From contig NC_027218.1 in NCBI RefSeq assembly GCF_000981445.1, positions 558,001-622,000 on the forward strand: DNA of 64,000 nucleotides, in the 5' to 3' direction. Positions within the stretch are counted from its first letter, which is position 1. Every line of letters begins with the position of its first letter. The translations under genes were made by a program, and so were the position numbers. The DNA is from Babesia bigemina. Taxonomy: Eukaryota. Positions 1 through 12,703 of the stretch are shown in pieces. Under the pieces are notes generated by a model, which was not told the DNA's origin, did not search any database, and saw only the letters and a list, made by a program, of their open reading frames with translations.

Positions 1-749
1 GTGACTGACAGAATTTACCACCATTGGCAGGGCTTTAATGGCGCATAACTTTGACTATATTCATCTTGCAAAATATATTTTGCACGTCCTATCGTCACTT
101 ACGCATTTTACATCGTTCCTACACATACAATATACCACTGTATCAACGTAATACTTGAAAATCACGCGTTAAAATGGCATGGAAAAGGCCCGTTTTTCGT
201 GCGTCCCAGAAGGCTGTTTCTCCGGCTGTACGCAGTTTTAGGCGGATCTCTGGGGTTCTTTGATTCATAATATAATTCTAAAGCTGCTGGCAAGTTTTGG
301 TGGATTTTCATGATGATCGCCCAAAATCTGCCTTTTTGCTCAGCCAGGCCCAACCTGGCGCCCCCTCCATGGTGCCCCGAGATGAAATTGCGTATGCGGC
401 TACGATTTCGCGCATATAGCCATCTGTATCTGCTGCGATCACCAATTCGAGCTTTTAAACGCTGAAAAGTCCAGGAAAATCAAATGATAGGGTCAGCCAC
501 CGGCGCCTACCATGCGCAACTCCAAAGTCGCAAAACCTAATCTGCGCTCGCCGAAAACGGGTGCATATACAAGTTTGATGATTGACAGACGGTTGGCATT
601 ATTGTAATCTATGAACTGCGCAACGTTGCGTAGTGTAACACCGCTGAGTTGCCTTGCCGTTTGGGCCATATCCAGACGACGCTGCTGTTGCTGATCGCAC
701 GGATTTCATTGCAACATGATCTGGTAGCTCTCATATAGCATTCCTAAGA

Positions 750-1523
750 CTAAATGAGATCGCCACGGGGCACTACCCAGTTCACCTTGTGCTCTGGTGC
801 CTCGTGGTAGTACAAACGCATGTCCGCACGGTACTGTTTGTGCATCTGCAGCCAGAGGTTGGCGCCGAACACGGCTATAAGCATACCCATCAGGTATTCA
901 CGCATGTTGATAGCCATGTTGTACTCGGCAGCCACCCGCTGCCTGTAGCTGAGCCACGCGCTTTCCCACGACACCTCGGGCTCGCGTGCCTGCTCCTCAG
1001 CAGTTCTGTAGGGCTTGGGAATGAGTTTGCGATATATTTTGAGGGGCTTTGCGAACTTGTAGAACATCTCCTCGTAGTCGTCGTTGGTGAACTTGCCCTC
1101 GATGAGCCGGTACATGTAAGGCTTGAGCTCGGGGGTGTCGTCGGCCAGCTTCTTAAGGAAAGGGTAGAACTGCGGCGGCAGGCGGAACGTGTGCCTGATC
1201 TTGGTGCTCACCTCAGGTGGAAACGTGCCAGGGCAGCCATATCCGTCCCTAGGAATGACGCTGTGCTCTCCCCAAGTGTAACTCTGCCACATCGGTTGAG
1301 TGGTGTTCGTGGCGACCAGAATTGGCCACCCGGTATGTCCGATGTCTTTCTTGAGTGCATGGTAACTGTTGTCCTCCCAGGGGTTTTTGGATGGCTCGTA
1401 CTCGTAGACCCCTGCGTTTCCGTCGTGCCTGTGACGGCGCTGGGCCGCGACGACGCGACAGCCGTACTGCACAGCCCTGCCTTTGAGGCCAGCTCTGGCT
1501 AAAGTACGCCCGGCGAATATCAT
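750..1523 (-). CDS. Conserved-looking mitochondrial membrane protein, candidate apicomplexan-specific cytochrome c oxidase accessory subunit (ApiCOX type)
   Basis: 257-aa ORF with an Arg/Ala-rich, acid-free N-terminus resembling a mitochondrial presequence and one hydrophobic helix near the C-terminus (YLMGMLIAVFGANLWL). The family assignment is tentative recall, not verified. Confidence 0.5.
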   Translation of the reverse strand: MIFAGRTLARAGLKGRAVQYGCRVVAAQRRHRHDGNAGVYEYEPSKNPWEDNSYHALKKDIGHTGWPILVATNTTQPMWQSYTWGEHSVIPRDGYGCPGTFPPEVSTKIRHTFRLPPQFYPFLKKLADDTPELKPYMYRLIEGKFTNDDYEEMFYKFAKPLKIYRKLIPKPYRTAEEQAREPEVSWESAWLSYRQRVAAEYNMAINMREYLMGMLIAVFGANLWLQMHKQYRADMRLYYHEAPEHKVNWVVPRGDLI

Positions 1524-1734
1524 TGCCCCTATTTATATACGGTCTGTGGCCCTCAGTCCTCGGTACAACATTAATCACGTTCCCCATACGCGGCGCTCCA
1601 GCTGCCTACCCGGCCAGTCACCGCAGTTACCGTTTGCTAGCGCTACGCGAAGACAACAAAACATATGTATCGTACTGTTAGACAATTAGCATTACACATG
1701 TGCATCTGGGAGAGGGTTACGTTGCCGGTACGTC

Positions 1735-4700
1735 TCATGCGACGACCTCGAGCACCAATGTGTGCTGTTGTTCGGTGCCGACGTACGAGTCGCTGACGAC
1801 GTACACCACTATCTCGTGCTTTCCAGACACTGCGGGTGCCTCGAACTCAACAGTGACGGTGTTGTTGCTCTTGGGGAGGTTCACACGCTTTATACCGAGT
1901 AGGCCCTTGGTTTTGGCCTCTCCCACGACAACCCACCACTGCTCGAAGCGCTCCAGAGGGAAGAAAGGAGCGTGTACAGGCTCCATATCACCCTCTCTCT
2001 CGATATTGAGGTTGACGTTCACCGGTTGCTGAGGAGCGACCTTTTCATCGCTCAGAACACATTGCACGTCAAGCACGGGTACTGCATTACAGACCATTGC
2101 TATAGCGGCCGCCTGCTGCTGGGTGAACCCACTGAGCAGCTGCGTCCTCTCATCATCCTCCATTCCCATGAGGTCGAACAGATCGTGAACTCCTGCCTTG
2201 TTCGCGTCGCCGATCCAGGCAGCGCTCGCGTGAGGCAGCTGCTTGAGTGGACTGTCCGCGGGATTCAGCGCTTGAACGATCCGTTGGCCGAGTTGCATCA
2301 CAAGCAACGCCGGCGCTAGCCACCCATTACTGCTGAGCACGTCGACCAACGCGCATAGCAGGGATGGCATTTTTTCCAGCACTGTTCGTTGGTCACTCTG
2401 GAGGTCGTTGGTCAGAGGCGTGCGATCCATGTGAGCAATGAGCAGTGATTTGACCTTTTGCGGCGTATTGCCCTCGGCCAGCTTCTGGCTGCCTATCCGT
2501 TCGCCCGTCCTGACCACGATATCGGCGAACTCCTCCGCAGTGGCAAGGAGTTCCAAGATGGAGTCCCTGTTTGAATCAGGCGTTACTGACCTAGCGAACG
2601 TCTCTATGGTCCTGCAACGGAGATAGTAGAAAGCAGCGATGTAGCCAAGGTTAAGGGGAGAGACGGTGTCATCCGCGACCGAAGCGCATTGCGATTTTTC
2701 CAGGGCTGATATAGCTGATTCCACGAGTTCACTGAGGTGTTCGCTGAGGTGTTGAGCAGTAGCGCCTTGCAGCGAGTAGAAGTTGGGGTTCTTGGGGAGC
2801 CGCCTATAGTACAGCGTCCACGTGAGCCAATCGATGGCATCCTGGGCGTTTTCAATAGCACCCTGCACTATCTCCGCATTAACTAGCTCCTCAATGCGCG
2901 CCTCTAGACAGCTTTCCACCGGGAATGCTTCCTCCAGAAGCTTGTAGAGATACCTGCGCTTCGACGTCTCGTATAATATAACGGCATGCGGCTTTATTGT
3001 GCTGAGCTCGTCGGGCACATAGGCGCAGCTGAGCATCCGTAAGAGGTCGCTCTGAGGGTATATGCCTTGCGATATGGGTCGGTTAGTTGCCGACACTGAA
3101 ATATCCACCACCACTACCAACGGCGCACACGCTGTTAGCGACCAAATGGCTGATGCGGTTGCAACGAGCACCTTGATCTGCCCGCGCCGGAATAGATCCT
3201 CCATAACTTTGATTTCTGCCTCACTGAATCCATCGTGGCAGTATCCAACTCCACCCTCCATAAGTTTGCTCAGTGCGCGCTCACGTGCCATCAGCTTGGC
3301 AAGGATTTCATTGCTCGCCTCATTCAATAGAGGAGAAGCTCCGGTAACTCCTACGTGGTACTCAATGGAGAGAAGAACCTCCATAGCAAGCAGCCTGCAG
3401 AACCTGCGATCCACGGTGAACATAAGCGCCGAGCAACTATCGTCATCGCTTTCCCTGAAGTGCGACAGGACAAAGTTGCAGGCGTTGTTGAACATGGAGA
3501 AGCGGCGCGTTTCGCTGTCCCACTGATCGAACGACTGGATGGTGAACTTAGGCAGGACAGCCCTGTGAGAATTTGGTCTGAAGTTGAAAATGGATGCCGC
3601 GGTTGCTCCTATCCAGCCACCTACATCCAAAGCATTCGATATTGGCCCTCCAAGTCCGATGATTCGCGTGGGATATTCAAGCTGGGCAGCGATGAACCTC
3701 ATACGGCTCACTGCAACCTCAAGCTCAGGCCCGACCGAAGGGTCGTCCAAAAGCTCCAAATTTTCAACCACAAAGAGGTCCACAGATTGCAGACACTGTT
3801 TGCTCTTCCATCTGCGTGATACAAAATCCCATTGTTTCGGCGTACATACCACTATGGTCGACTGCGCAATCACCATGAGATCGGTTTTCACATCCCCGAC
3901 CAGCGAGTTGACCTGACATATGTCACCAAACTTGTACCTCAACCTTTCCAGCCGCTGATTGGCCACCGTCTTGAAAGGCGACACCACAACGACAGTCGCA
4001 TTTTCACACGTGCATAGGCACCGCGTAATGGCGATTTCAGCACATGTGAACTTTCCACTCCGGCTTGGTGCGCATAGCAGCAACGAATCAGACTGGGAGT
4101 ACATGGCATCAAACACCCGAGTTTGTATGGCGTTAAAATGGCTGTCACCGAAAGCCTTTCTGAAAAACGCCTTGTTGAGTGCGACCACTTCCCCCGGTAG
4201 GTTTATCATCGCCGAGATAGGCCTAGGTTGTTGGTCGAAAAGTTCAGTGAAAGGCTGCGCCTTCTCGGGCAGTATCAGTCGGCTAAAGCTGATTGATATT
4301 TTTGATTCGCTTCCTATCCACTTTTCGGAGGTGAGCCTCAAAAAGTAGTGAGAGCACAGCGGGTGCGATAGTTCCACAGTGAAGAATACCGAGTAATCTT
4401 CCACATGACCTGGAGTGAACGGCAGCAGTACGAAGGTTTGGCTGTGCAGTATTTTCTCGCCGCTTCCATCCTCAACGAACAACCAGAATTTTTCGTTGCT
4501 GCCATGCAATTTGGGGTCCCACTGGAAGTCTGGCGTGATGTTGACTTCCACACGTAGCATCTCACGGGTTAGTGGTTGTACGAATACTTGAAGGTCCAAT
4601 CTAGGCACTAAGTGGATCAGCTTATGGATGGTCTTGCCAAGTTTAGGCTGCCTGCACAACTCCCCAAGTTCCACACTGCTCAGGTCGTAATATCTGTCCC

Positions 4701-7700
4701 ACCCGAAATCGTTTCTCTCCAGCTTGAGCACTAATTCCTCGGGAAGTGATTTGAACTGACGCAGTGGTAACATCACCGACCACATGCGTCTCTCCACCAT
4801 CTTCCCCAAGTCGAACAGCCTTTGTGCAAGCTGGCTCCACGCATTGTTGAGTGCGATTTCATACAGTGCGCGAATAATTCTCCCGGCATTCTGCGTGATG
4901 AACGTCATCTCGGATACTAACGCATATCCGTCCAGATCGAACCTGGATATGTAGCTCTGCAACAGCACGGCTACCTTGCTGGTTCCCTCCTGGCCCTGTC
5001 CTCTGACTGGTATGGGTACTTTTTCCATGAGTCCAGCCAATTCGACCTTCTCTTCATCACGGACCGGAATGTATTTGAATTCGGCGCTCGCTGAGAACAC
5101 TTTTAATATATCGGAATCGGATAGGTCGGCCTTCATATTGTCGACGTACGTCTTAACGGATGGGGGCTTTAGGTAGTACAGACTTGCTATACGTCCGAGC
5201 GGCGTCGACTTGATGGCCCCGCTGCGGCGTTCATAACGTATCAGCGCGTACTTGTCAAGCTCAATAAGTGCGGAATGAGCCAATGACTCCAACCTAATGT
5301 CGAACAGTTGTTCGTCAATAGTCGTCGAATTCCCACTTTCCTCCTCGTCATCACCTTCATCTTCAGCCTCGATTACTCCATATAACCGTGGTTCCTTACG
5401 CATTCTTACAGCGAAATACGTATCGCGTAACCATATTACCGCGTCCTTACGTGTGGTCACGTTACCCAGAACGACTTCGGCATTGAGCAACTCCGGGAGG
5501 CTGCTCACAAGCTGGCTTTCAATCGGCAGCTGTTGGTTGTTTAGCGACAGGTAGAATTGCAGTTTTTCATGCGCGGTAATAATTATACCCTTTCCTTCCT
5601 TGTCAAACTGCGGACGCCCGGCGCGACCCATCATTTGCTGTACCGATAATGGGCAGAGCTCTGTCCAGCATCCTTCCTCTGGAGAGTAAACCTGAGTGCC
5701 CTTGATGATGACGGTATGTGCCGGAAGGTTCACACCCCAACTAAGTGTGGCTGTACTTATGAGCAGCTGTATGTGCCCGTCCGAGAACAGGTCCTCAACC
5801 AACTTCCTGTCGGATCTCGGCAGCCCTGCGTGGTGTATGCCGAACCCGTATGGAAGGAGCTCCCTCAGCTCAGCTGTTTTGATGGCTTCAGCTTCTGTAG
5901 CCAAAATTTCTCGTGACGCGCTGTCACTGTGTAGGAATATGTTGAGCGCGTCTGTTTTGAAAGCCATGTCCCTAATCAGTTTGGCTGTACGTGCCGTCTC
6001 CTTCCTGCTGTGGACGAAGACAAGTATCTGGTTCTTACCGGCATCTTCCATTACCCGTTCGTACACGATTTCATTCATGCAATTGTAACGCTTTACGGCC
6101 TTTTTCTCCTTGATGCCGATGTAGCGCTGCTCTAATCCAACCGGCCTGTAATGGTTGCCGAAGTAGAACAAACCACGATCCGGATTTACTTTGAGGAAGT
6201 CAGCGATATCCGTGTAGTTGGGCATCGTTGCGCTTAGTCCCACCAGCCTCGTCTTCATCTTGTTCTTCCTGTCGTTGTGCATGGCACGTGCTACAATCGA
6301 TTCGAGCACGGGTCCTCTCTTGTCATGCAGCAGGTGGATCTCGTCGATGATTATCAGTTGCACTGAATTCTCCATGCCGCTCCTGCGCGTGACTACGTCC
6401 CATTTCTCGGGTGTGACTACCAGTAGCTGGGTCTCCATCAGCTGGTTTCGCGTCAGGCTCATGTCACCCGTAAGTTCGCGGACGTTGAGCCCGTAAGGCG
6501 CAAAACGTTGAGTGAAAGACTGCGCCTGTTCCATGACCAGCGATTTCATAGGCGAAACGTAAACGATCTTGAAGTCATTCAAGTTCAACTGGCCTTTTTC
6601 ATCCCTATGCTGGGACATGACGCTGAGCATGGCAAGCACGGCAACATTCGTTTTACCCGCCCCAGTCGGGGCACATACGAGCATGTTCTCCTCGAAGTGC
6701 TCGAATGCGATCTCCGCAATGACAGACTGCACTGGATTAAGCGAATCGACCCCTGGAAATGCAGCATGGGTCCATTCGGGCAGGGTTTTTATCGATTTCC
6801 GCTGTAAATCCTTCGGACGTTCCAGCGGATAGATGATAACTTCGTCGTACGACTTGTGTTCAACGCGTTCCGACTCCGGTGGGAGCACAACGCGAGTGTT
6901 GGTCATGTGCTGCGCTCCGTCTTTAAATGCTAGCGCCTCTAGGTCAACAACAGTCGGGTGTCCAGCTTGTGCGATATCCTCTGGGATCGCAGTTGGTTCC
7001 GGAATGAGCTCTTCTTCGTCACCGTCTTGCAACTCATTGCCCTCACGTTTGGCGTTTTGTCGCGCCAGGTTAGCTGCCTCTCTGGTCACGTTTAGGGTGA
7101 GCTCCTGGTCCTTGGTGCGGCGCAGGTGCACTTCCTCAAGCTCCTGCAGCACCTCAATACCCTCCTGTACCTGCTTCATTTCGTCAAATATCGCCTCCTT
7201 TTCTTCGTCCGTCTGCGCTTGCCCAAGCCTGGTGCAGTACATGATCTTCCACCGGTTCCGGAGCACGAGCTTCGCGAACTCGAAATTCTCGTACTTCAAT
7301 ATAAGAACCAGCTTATTTTCGCACTCCTGTATGTCCGGGATTCCCAGTACCGCGAGGATCTCCTTTTCTGTCGCGACGGCCAAGTTCGGGTCTCCGAAGA
7401 TGAGATTCAGTTCGCGCTGCAGCCAGTGTGGGTCTATCTTGCTGATTGGCAGGTGATACTTGTCGGTGTCAGCGAACTCAACGCCGTCCTTCCGTATGGT
7501 CTGTATGTGCGATTCCTCATGTTCGTCGTCCTCGTCTTCCTCCGCCTCTACGCTATGCACGTCCGACTCATCATCCTCATCGTCCTCGTCAAAGACGACC
7601 GCAATGCCCGCGGGGTCATCTGTCACGCCTGTGGAGTCGCGCGGCGCGTCCCCTGTGCCAAAGTCCACCAGCTCCTTAGCGGTGTGGTACAGCCTGTAGA

Positions 7701-8281
7701 ACAGGTCGTCACTCAACGGTCCAAGCACATCCTCGCAAAGTTTGCGCCGCTCCTCTGCTTTCAGACCGGCAGCTCTAAGATGTGTCATAACTTCGTCGAA
7801 GGCTCCCTTGAGCACCTCCTGCGGCTGGTCCACCAGCGTCTCCTGCAGAAGGTTGAGAATCTCCTCGTACTTGTTGCGAGTGGCGAGGGAGGATGGCACG
7901 TAGTAGCCGCTGTCTGTAATGTCCACGTTGAGCACCGATTCTCCTTTTTTGAGATCCTGCAACCGTTCAGCAGATCTACAACGGAGCCACTTACCAGTCT
8001 AGTGCGCCTGTGTTTGGCCGGTCCTCGACTTGTGTCCACCGTGTGGAGGCGCTTGTTGTCTGTGGTTCTCTTAGGCACCGAATACGTAACTTTGTCCCCC
8101 ATTTTGTACTTGAGCCGCGTCGCGAGCGACTCCGGCTCCCCGGTAGCCTCGTTTGCCTTAGGGCCGTGCCCATCGCGTTGCAGCACGAGGTTGGAGTTCT
8201 GCACATCGCTGTTTTTCTAACACGCAAACATCATACCGTACGGTACTCGAAACGCTTGAAGCGCTCGTATTGCTCCGCCAT
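1735..8281 (-). CDS. BRR2: U5 snRNP 200-kDa Ski2-like RNA helicase (Brr2/SNRNP200)
   Basis: Exons 8281-8237, 8198-7995 and 7956-1735, joined by two 38-nt GT-AG introns. N-terminus MAEQYERFKRFEYRT-NSNLVLQ. First cassette has APTGAGKT, DEIH and QMMGRAGR; a degenerate second cassette and Sec63 domains follow. Confidence 0.97.
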
Positions 8282-8797
8282 CTTCGTTGCTGGGTGTTGT
8301 CGGCGGAGGCACGTGTTCTTCAGAGCGTCTTCGACGCACAATTGAAGCAGTCAGCTGACGTTTCTCGCGCCGCTATACCCACCGCGCAATTTAGCGGAGA
8401 TGGTGTGTGAGAATCCAGCCTCAGGCAGCCGTTAGGCGCTTTTTAGGAAACGCCGTCCCCCACAGGTCAGTTGGCACAGGAATCACCGTCTAAGTAGCTA
8501 ACATTTACACAGCACCTTTATCATACGCCTGAGGACACTAATCTGTAATATATTCACGGTTAAGACGCGCGCGTAGGCCAGCGGCTGAGCTCCAAGTAAT
8601 GGAGTCGCGGCCCGTCGCTGAGGCTTCATTACGTTGCTGGAGTCCGTGTTATTAGTATGCCGGGGAATACACAGTCTCAGTAATTGGAGTGTATCGTTCG
8701 TATGAGATCTGTCTGGCGGCATATAATCGCTAAGAGCGGAGGAATAGCATCCTCCTCTACGCGGTTTCGCTACACTGATCATTAGGGCCAGCTCAAA

Positions 8798-11700
8798 ATG
8801 AAGGCTAAACGCGAGGTGACCTTCGCGGAGGTTGACGAAGTCCGACACATGTCTGTGGCTAAGGACGCAGCTGCGGTGGGCGATATCAAAGACAAATGGC
8901 GCATCCTGCCATGCTACATGGGTATGCGAGGAATCGCACGCCAGCACATCAACTCGTACAACAACTTCGTGCAGCGCGAGATCAAGGAAATAGTCAACGC
9001 CCCTAGCAACAAGATGCTGAAGAGCGATGCGTGCAAGAAGTTCTACATCGAGTTCATAGACATCAAGGTCGGGGAGCCGTACATGTCCGAGAACAACATC
9101 AAGCCCATCCTGCTGACTCCCCAGCTGTGCCGCATGCGCGACATCACGTACAGCGCGCCCATGTACGCGGATGTGGAGTACTACAACGGCGAGGGTGTAG
9201 CCTCAAAGCGGGTTGAAATCGGAAGGTTGCCCGTCATGCTGCGCAGCTGTGTCTGCGCTCTTACAGGGGGCGAACGTAATGGCGGGAACGTTGACAACTT
9301 CGAGATGTCGTCACGCCTCGGCGAATGCCCGTACGATCCTGGGGGTTACTTTATCATCAAGGGAGTGGAGAAGGTTATTCTAATGCAGGAGCAACTTTCC
9401 AAATGCCGTGTCATCGTTGAGACCGACGTAAAGAAGAACATTTGTGCCACGGTCACCTCGGCCACCGCGGAATCCAAAAGTAGGACCGCGGTGGTGTACA
9501 AAAACCAGAAGCTCTACGTGCGCCACAACAGCTTCACCGACGACGTTCCGCTGTGCATCATCCTGAGAGCAATGGGCGTCACTACCGACCAGGAAATCGC
9601 CCAGTTGATCGGCACCGCTGGAGCTCGCGATTTCCTACCTACGGGAGGCGACTACATCTTGTCGCTACAGGATCTGTACAACGAGGGTATCAACTCGCGC
9701 ATGGACGCTCTGCTTTTCGTGGGGCGCAAGGTCAGGCCTCGCCAACTGGCGAAGGGGTTCTTCACAAGTTCCAAGGAGCGCACGCCGAAAACAAACCAGA
9801 ATCTCATCGAGGACACGCACGACATCTTGACACGGGTGCTGTTGTCGCACATACCAATGCGTAATTGTCGCGATTTCACTGGGAAGATCAAAAGCCTGTG
9901 TCTCATGGCCAGGCGCGTACTCTCGGTCGCCAGTGGCAGGGAGCCTATGGACGATAAGGACCACTACGGCAACAAGCGGCTGGAGCTTGCAGGGCAGCTG
10001 ATTTCGATCCTGTTTGAGGACCTCTTCAAAGCCTTCTTGAGCCAGCTGAAGAAACAAATAGATGCTACGCTAACGAGGCACTACGAGATTGTCTCCAATT
10101 GCTATGGAGGAAAACAGATTAAGTACCCCGACTGTTTGGTTAGTCTCCCCACCGACATCATCACCCGTGGTATGCAAGCCACCATATCGACTGGCAACTG
10201 GAACATCAAGCGTTTCCGTATCGAACGCAGCGGCGTATCGCAGATTCTATCTCGATTGTCATACATTTCATGCCTTGGAATGATGACCAAGACCAATTCG
10301 CAGTTCGAGAAGGGCCGCAAGGTGAGCAAGCCCCGTGCCTTGCAGCCCTCGCAGTTCGGTTTGATCTGCCCCTGCGACACCCCAGAAGGTGAGAGTTGTG
10401 GTCTTGTGAAGAACCTGAGTCTGATGAACCACGTGACGACTGACGGTGACATCGAGCGCCTGGTCGAGTTAATATACTGGTTGGGCGTCGAATCTGCCGA
10501 CTCCTTGCCAGCCAGGGATGCATTCGACGACGAGAGGAATATGACAGTTTTTTTGAACGGTATCATTCTGGGTGTACACCAGAACGGTGAGGAGCTGATC
10601 CGCAACGTTGTCGCCTTGCGCCGCCGTGGTCAGATCAGCGCATTCGTCTCAGTGTTCCAGAACTATGAGCAGCGCCAGGTGCACATATCCTCCGACGGTG
10701 GTAGGCTCTGCAGGCCTCTCATTGTGGTCGAGAATGGCAGGCCTCTTCTGACGTCTAAAATTTTGAACAGCCTGCTTGCCGGTGAGATAACGCTGTCGAA
10801 GCTTTTCGCTTCCGGTATTTTGGAATGGATTGACGTCAACGAAGAGAACAACTCTTTGATTGTGATGCGTGAGAGTGACATCACGCCCAAGACAACCCAC
10901 CTGGAAATAAGTCCGATGAGCATGCTGGGGGTGGTGGCGGGTCTGATCCCCTTCCCCAACCACAACCAAAGTCCCCGTAATACGTACCAATGTGCTATGG
11001 GAAAGCAGTCCATTGGTAGCATCGGATACAACCAGTTGAACCGCTGCGACACTATTTTGCATCTGATGGTTTACCCCCAGCGCCCACTCGTAACCACCAA
11101 GGCCATCCAGTTGGTCAACTTCGACAAGTTACCGGCCGGCCAGAATGTGATCGTGGCCGTTATGAGTTACCAGGGATACGAGATAGAGGATGCTGTGGTG
11201 ATAAACAAGGCCTCCAGTGAGCGTGGTTTTAGCCGTTGTTACTCGCTGCGCCGTATGACTGTCGAGATCGACAAGATCAATTATGCGATACCCAGGCCGG
11301 GAGCTGCCCCAGCCGGTATGAATGCCGTGGATCTCACGTCCGAAGCGCCGGTGGACGACGTTACTGGCGACAACGTCATTGGCGTCGGGCAGCTAGTCAA
11401 CAAGGACGATACGCTGCTGAAGAAGCTGACCCAGTCATCCAGCGGCGAGATCAAGGTGACCCCCGTGAAGTACCACTTCAACCAGCCGGCCTACGTGGAC
11501 CGAGTTATGTGCATTAGCACCATCGCCGACAGCGTGTTATACAAAATAATGCTACGTCAGGTGCGGCTGCCCGAAATTGGAGACAAGTACAGCAGTCGCC
11601 ACGGCCAGAAGGGTGTAGTGGGTCTGATCGAGAGCCAGGAGAATCTACCGTTCAGTGAACACGGCTGGGTGCCCGACCTGATTATGAATCCGCACGGTTT

Positions 11701-12307
11701 CCCCTCCCGTATGACGGTGGGCAAGATGCTCGAGCTCGTCGCCGCAAAGGCCGCCGTCTTGAATGGCATTTTCGAAGATGGCACGCCGTTCGAAGCGGAC
11801 TCATTACCCAGCATTGAGCGCAGCTTGCTACGGAAGGGCTTCCACCCGGCAGGCAAGGAAATTCTGTACTCCGGGATCACCGGCGAACCGCTGGAGACGC
11901 TCATCTTCACCGGCCCGATGTACTATCAGAAGCTCAAACACATGGTATCAGACAAGATTCACGCCCGCGCCGTCGGTCCACGCCAGTCTCTTACGCGCCA
12001 GCCCACGGAAGGCCGCTCCAAAGATGGCGGTCTGCGTTTGGGAGAGATGGAGCGCGACTGTCTCATCGCTTACGGCGCCAGCGGGCTTCTTGTGGAGCGC
12101 CTGATGCTAAGCAGTGACGTCTTCCAGATGGACGTCTGCCACGTCTGCGGCTTCATCGGCTACGACGGCTGGTGTGCGTACTGCAAGCAGAGCGGCCAGA
12201 CGGCGTCGGTCTCCATCCCGTATGCGTGCAAGCTGCTATTCCAGGAGCTCCAGGCGATGAACATCCGCCCGAACGTGATACTTAAGGAGGGAATGAGCAG
12301 TCATTAA
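8798..12307 (+). CDS. RPC2: DNA-directed RNA polymerase III second-largest subunit
   Basis: 1169-aa single-exon ORF with DKWRILP, YDPGGYFIIKG, GNKRLELAGQL, GDKYSSRHGQKG, QKLKHMVSDKIHAR and GLRLGEMERD. The N-terminal and TPEGESCGLVKNL signatures fit the Pol III paralog. Confidence 0.95.
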   Translation: MKAKREVTFAEVDEVRHMSVAKDAAAVGDIKDKWRILPCYMGMRGIARQHINSYNNFVQREIKEIVNAPSNKMLKSDACKKFYIEFIDIKVGEPYMSENNIKPILLTPQLCRMRDITYSAPMYADVEYYNGEGVASKRVEIGRLPVMLRSCVCALTGGERNGGNVDNFEMSSRLGECPYDPGGYFIIKGVEKVILMQEQLSKCRVIVETDVKKNICATVTSATAESKSRTAVVYKNQKLYVRHNSFTDDVPLCIILRAMGVTTDQEIAQLIGTAGARDFLPTGGDYILSLQDLYNEGINSRMDALLFVGRKVRPRQLAKGFFTSSKERTPKTNQNLIEDTHDILTRVLLSHIPMRNCRDFTGKIKSLCLMARRVLSVASGREPMDDKDHYGNKRLELAGQLISILFEDLFKAFLSQLKKQIDATLTRHYEIVSNCYGGKQIKYPDCLVSLPTDIITRGMQATISTGNWNIKRFRIERSGVSQILSRLSYISCLGMMTKTNSQFEKGRKVSKPRALQPSQFGLICPCDTPEGESCGLVKNLSLMNHVTTDGDIERLVELIYWLGVESADSLPARDAFDDERNMTVFLNGIILGVHQNGEELIRNVVALRRRGQISAFVSVFQNYEQRQVHISSDGGRLCRPLIVVENGRPLLTSKILNSLLAGEITLSKLFASGILEWIDVNEENNSLIVMRESDITPKTTHLEISPMSMLGVVAGLIPFPNHNQSPRNTYQCAMGKQSIGSIGYNQLNRCDTILHLMVYPQRPLVTTKAIQLVNFDKLPAGQNVIVAVMSYQGYEIEDAVVINKASSERGFSRCYSLRRMTVEIDKINYAIPRPGAAPAGMNAVDLTSEAPVDDVTGDNVIGVGQLVNKDDTLLKKLTQSSSGEIKVTPVKYHFNQPAYVDRVMCISTIADSVLYKIMLRQVRLPEIGDKYSSRHGQKGVVGLIESQENLPFSEHGWVPDLIMNPHGFPSRMTVGKMLELVAAKAAVLNGIFEDGTPFEADSLPSIERSLLRKGFHPAGKEILYSGITGEPLETLIFTGPMYYQKLKHMVSDKIHARAVGPRQSLTRQPTEGRSKDGGLRLGEMERDCLIAYGASGLLVERLMLSSDVFQMDVCHVCGFIGYDGWCAYCKQSGQTASVSIPYACKLLFQELQAMNIRPNVILKEGMSSH

Positions 12308-12703
12308 GGGTACAATTGGTCATAATTTATACTGGTAACATACACAGCGTCCCGAGCAGTAGGTGGGCCTGCCGCAGCACCCGAGTCACGGGGCTTCCAC
12401 GGCGCCCATATGCCACCGCCGACGTGCGTGTGGCGCCAACCAATAGCGTTGGCCGCTGCCGCGAAGCGTTGCTGGCACACCGGAAACCGTTACCTATGGG
12501 GACCGGAAGCCCGCGCGCTCAGCCGCCCTCCCCATAGAGGTCGCTTCCGTTATGCGCCACGGCCTTACCGCCACAACCAGTGCTGCTGTGTAAATAACAG
12601 CCAATTGAACCCTTTACAGCCGCCAACGTCAGCCGATATCTGACGCAGCTAGCACTACCTCTACCAGCCCGTGTCGCACTTGCCGTGAGAACGTTCTTCC
12701 AAG

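Noticed and set aside
1..700. Short minus-strand ORF 162-353 at the window start
   Set aside because: No recognisable motif or convincing splice model; it may be UTR or part of a gene outside the window.
3700..4100. Degenerate Walker A and DExH motifs (APSRSGKF, ENLE) in BRR2
   Set aside because: The C-terminal helicase cassette of Brr2 is known to be catalytically inactive; not a pseudogene sign.
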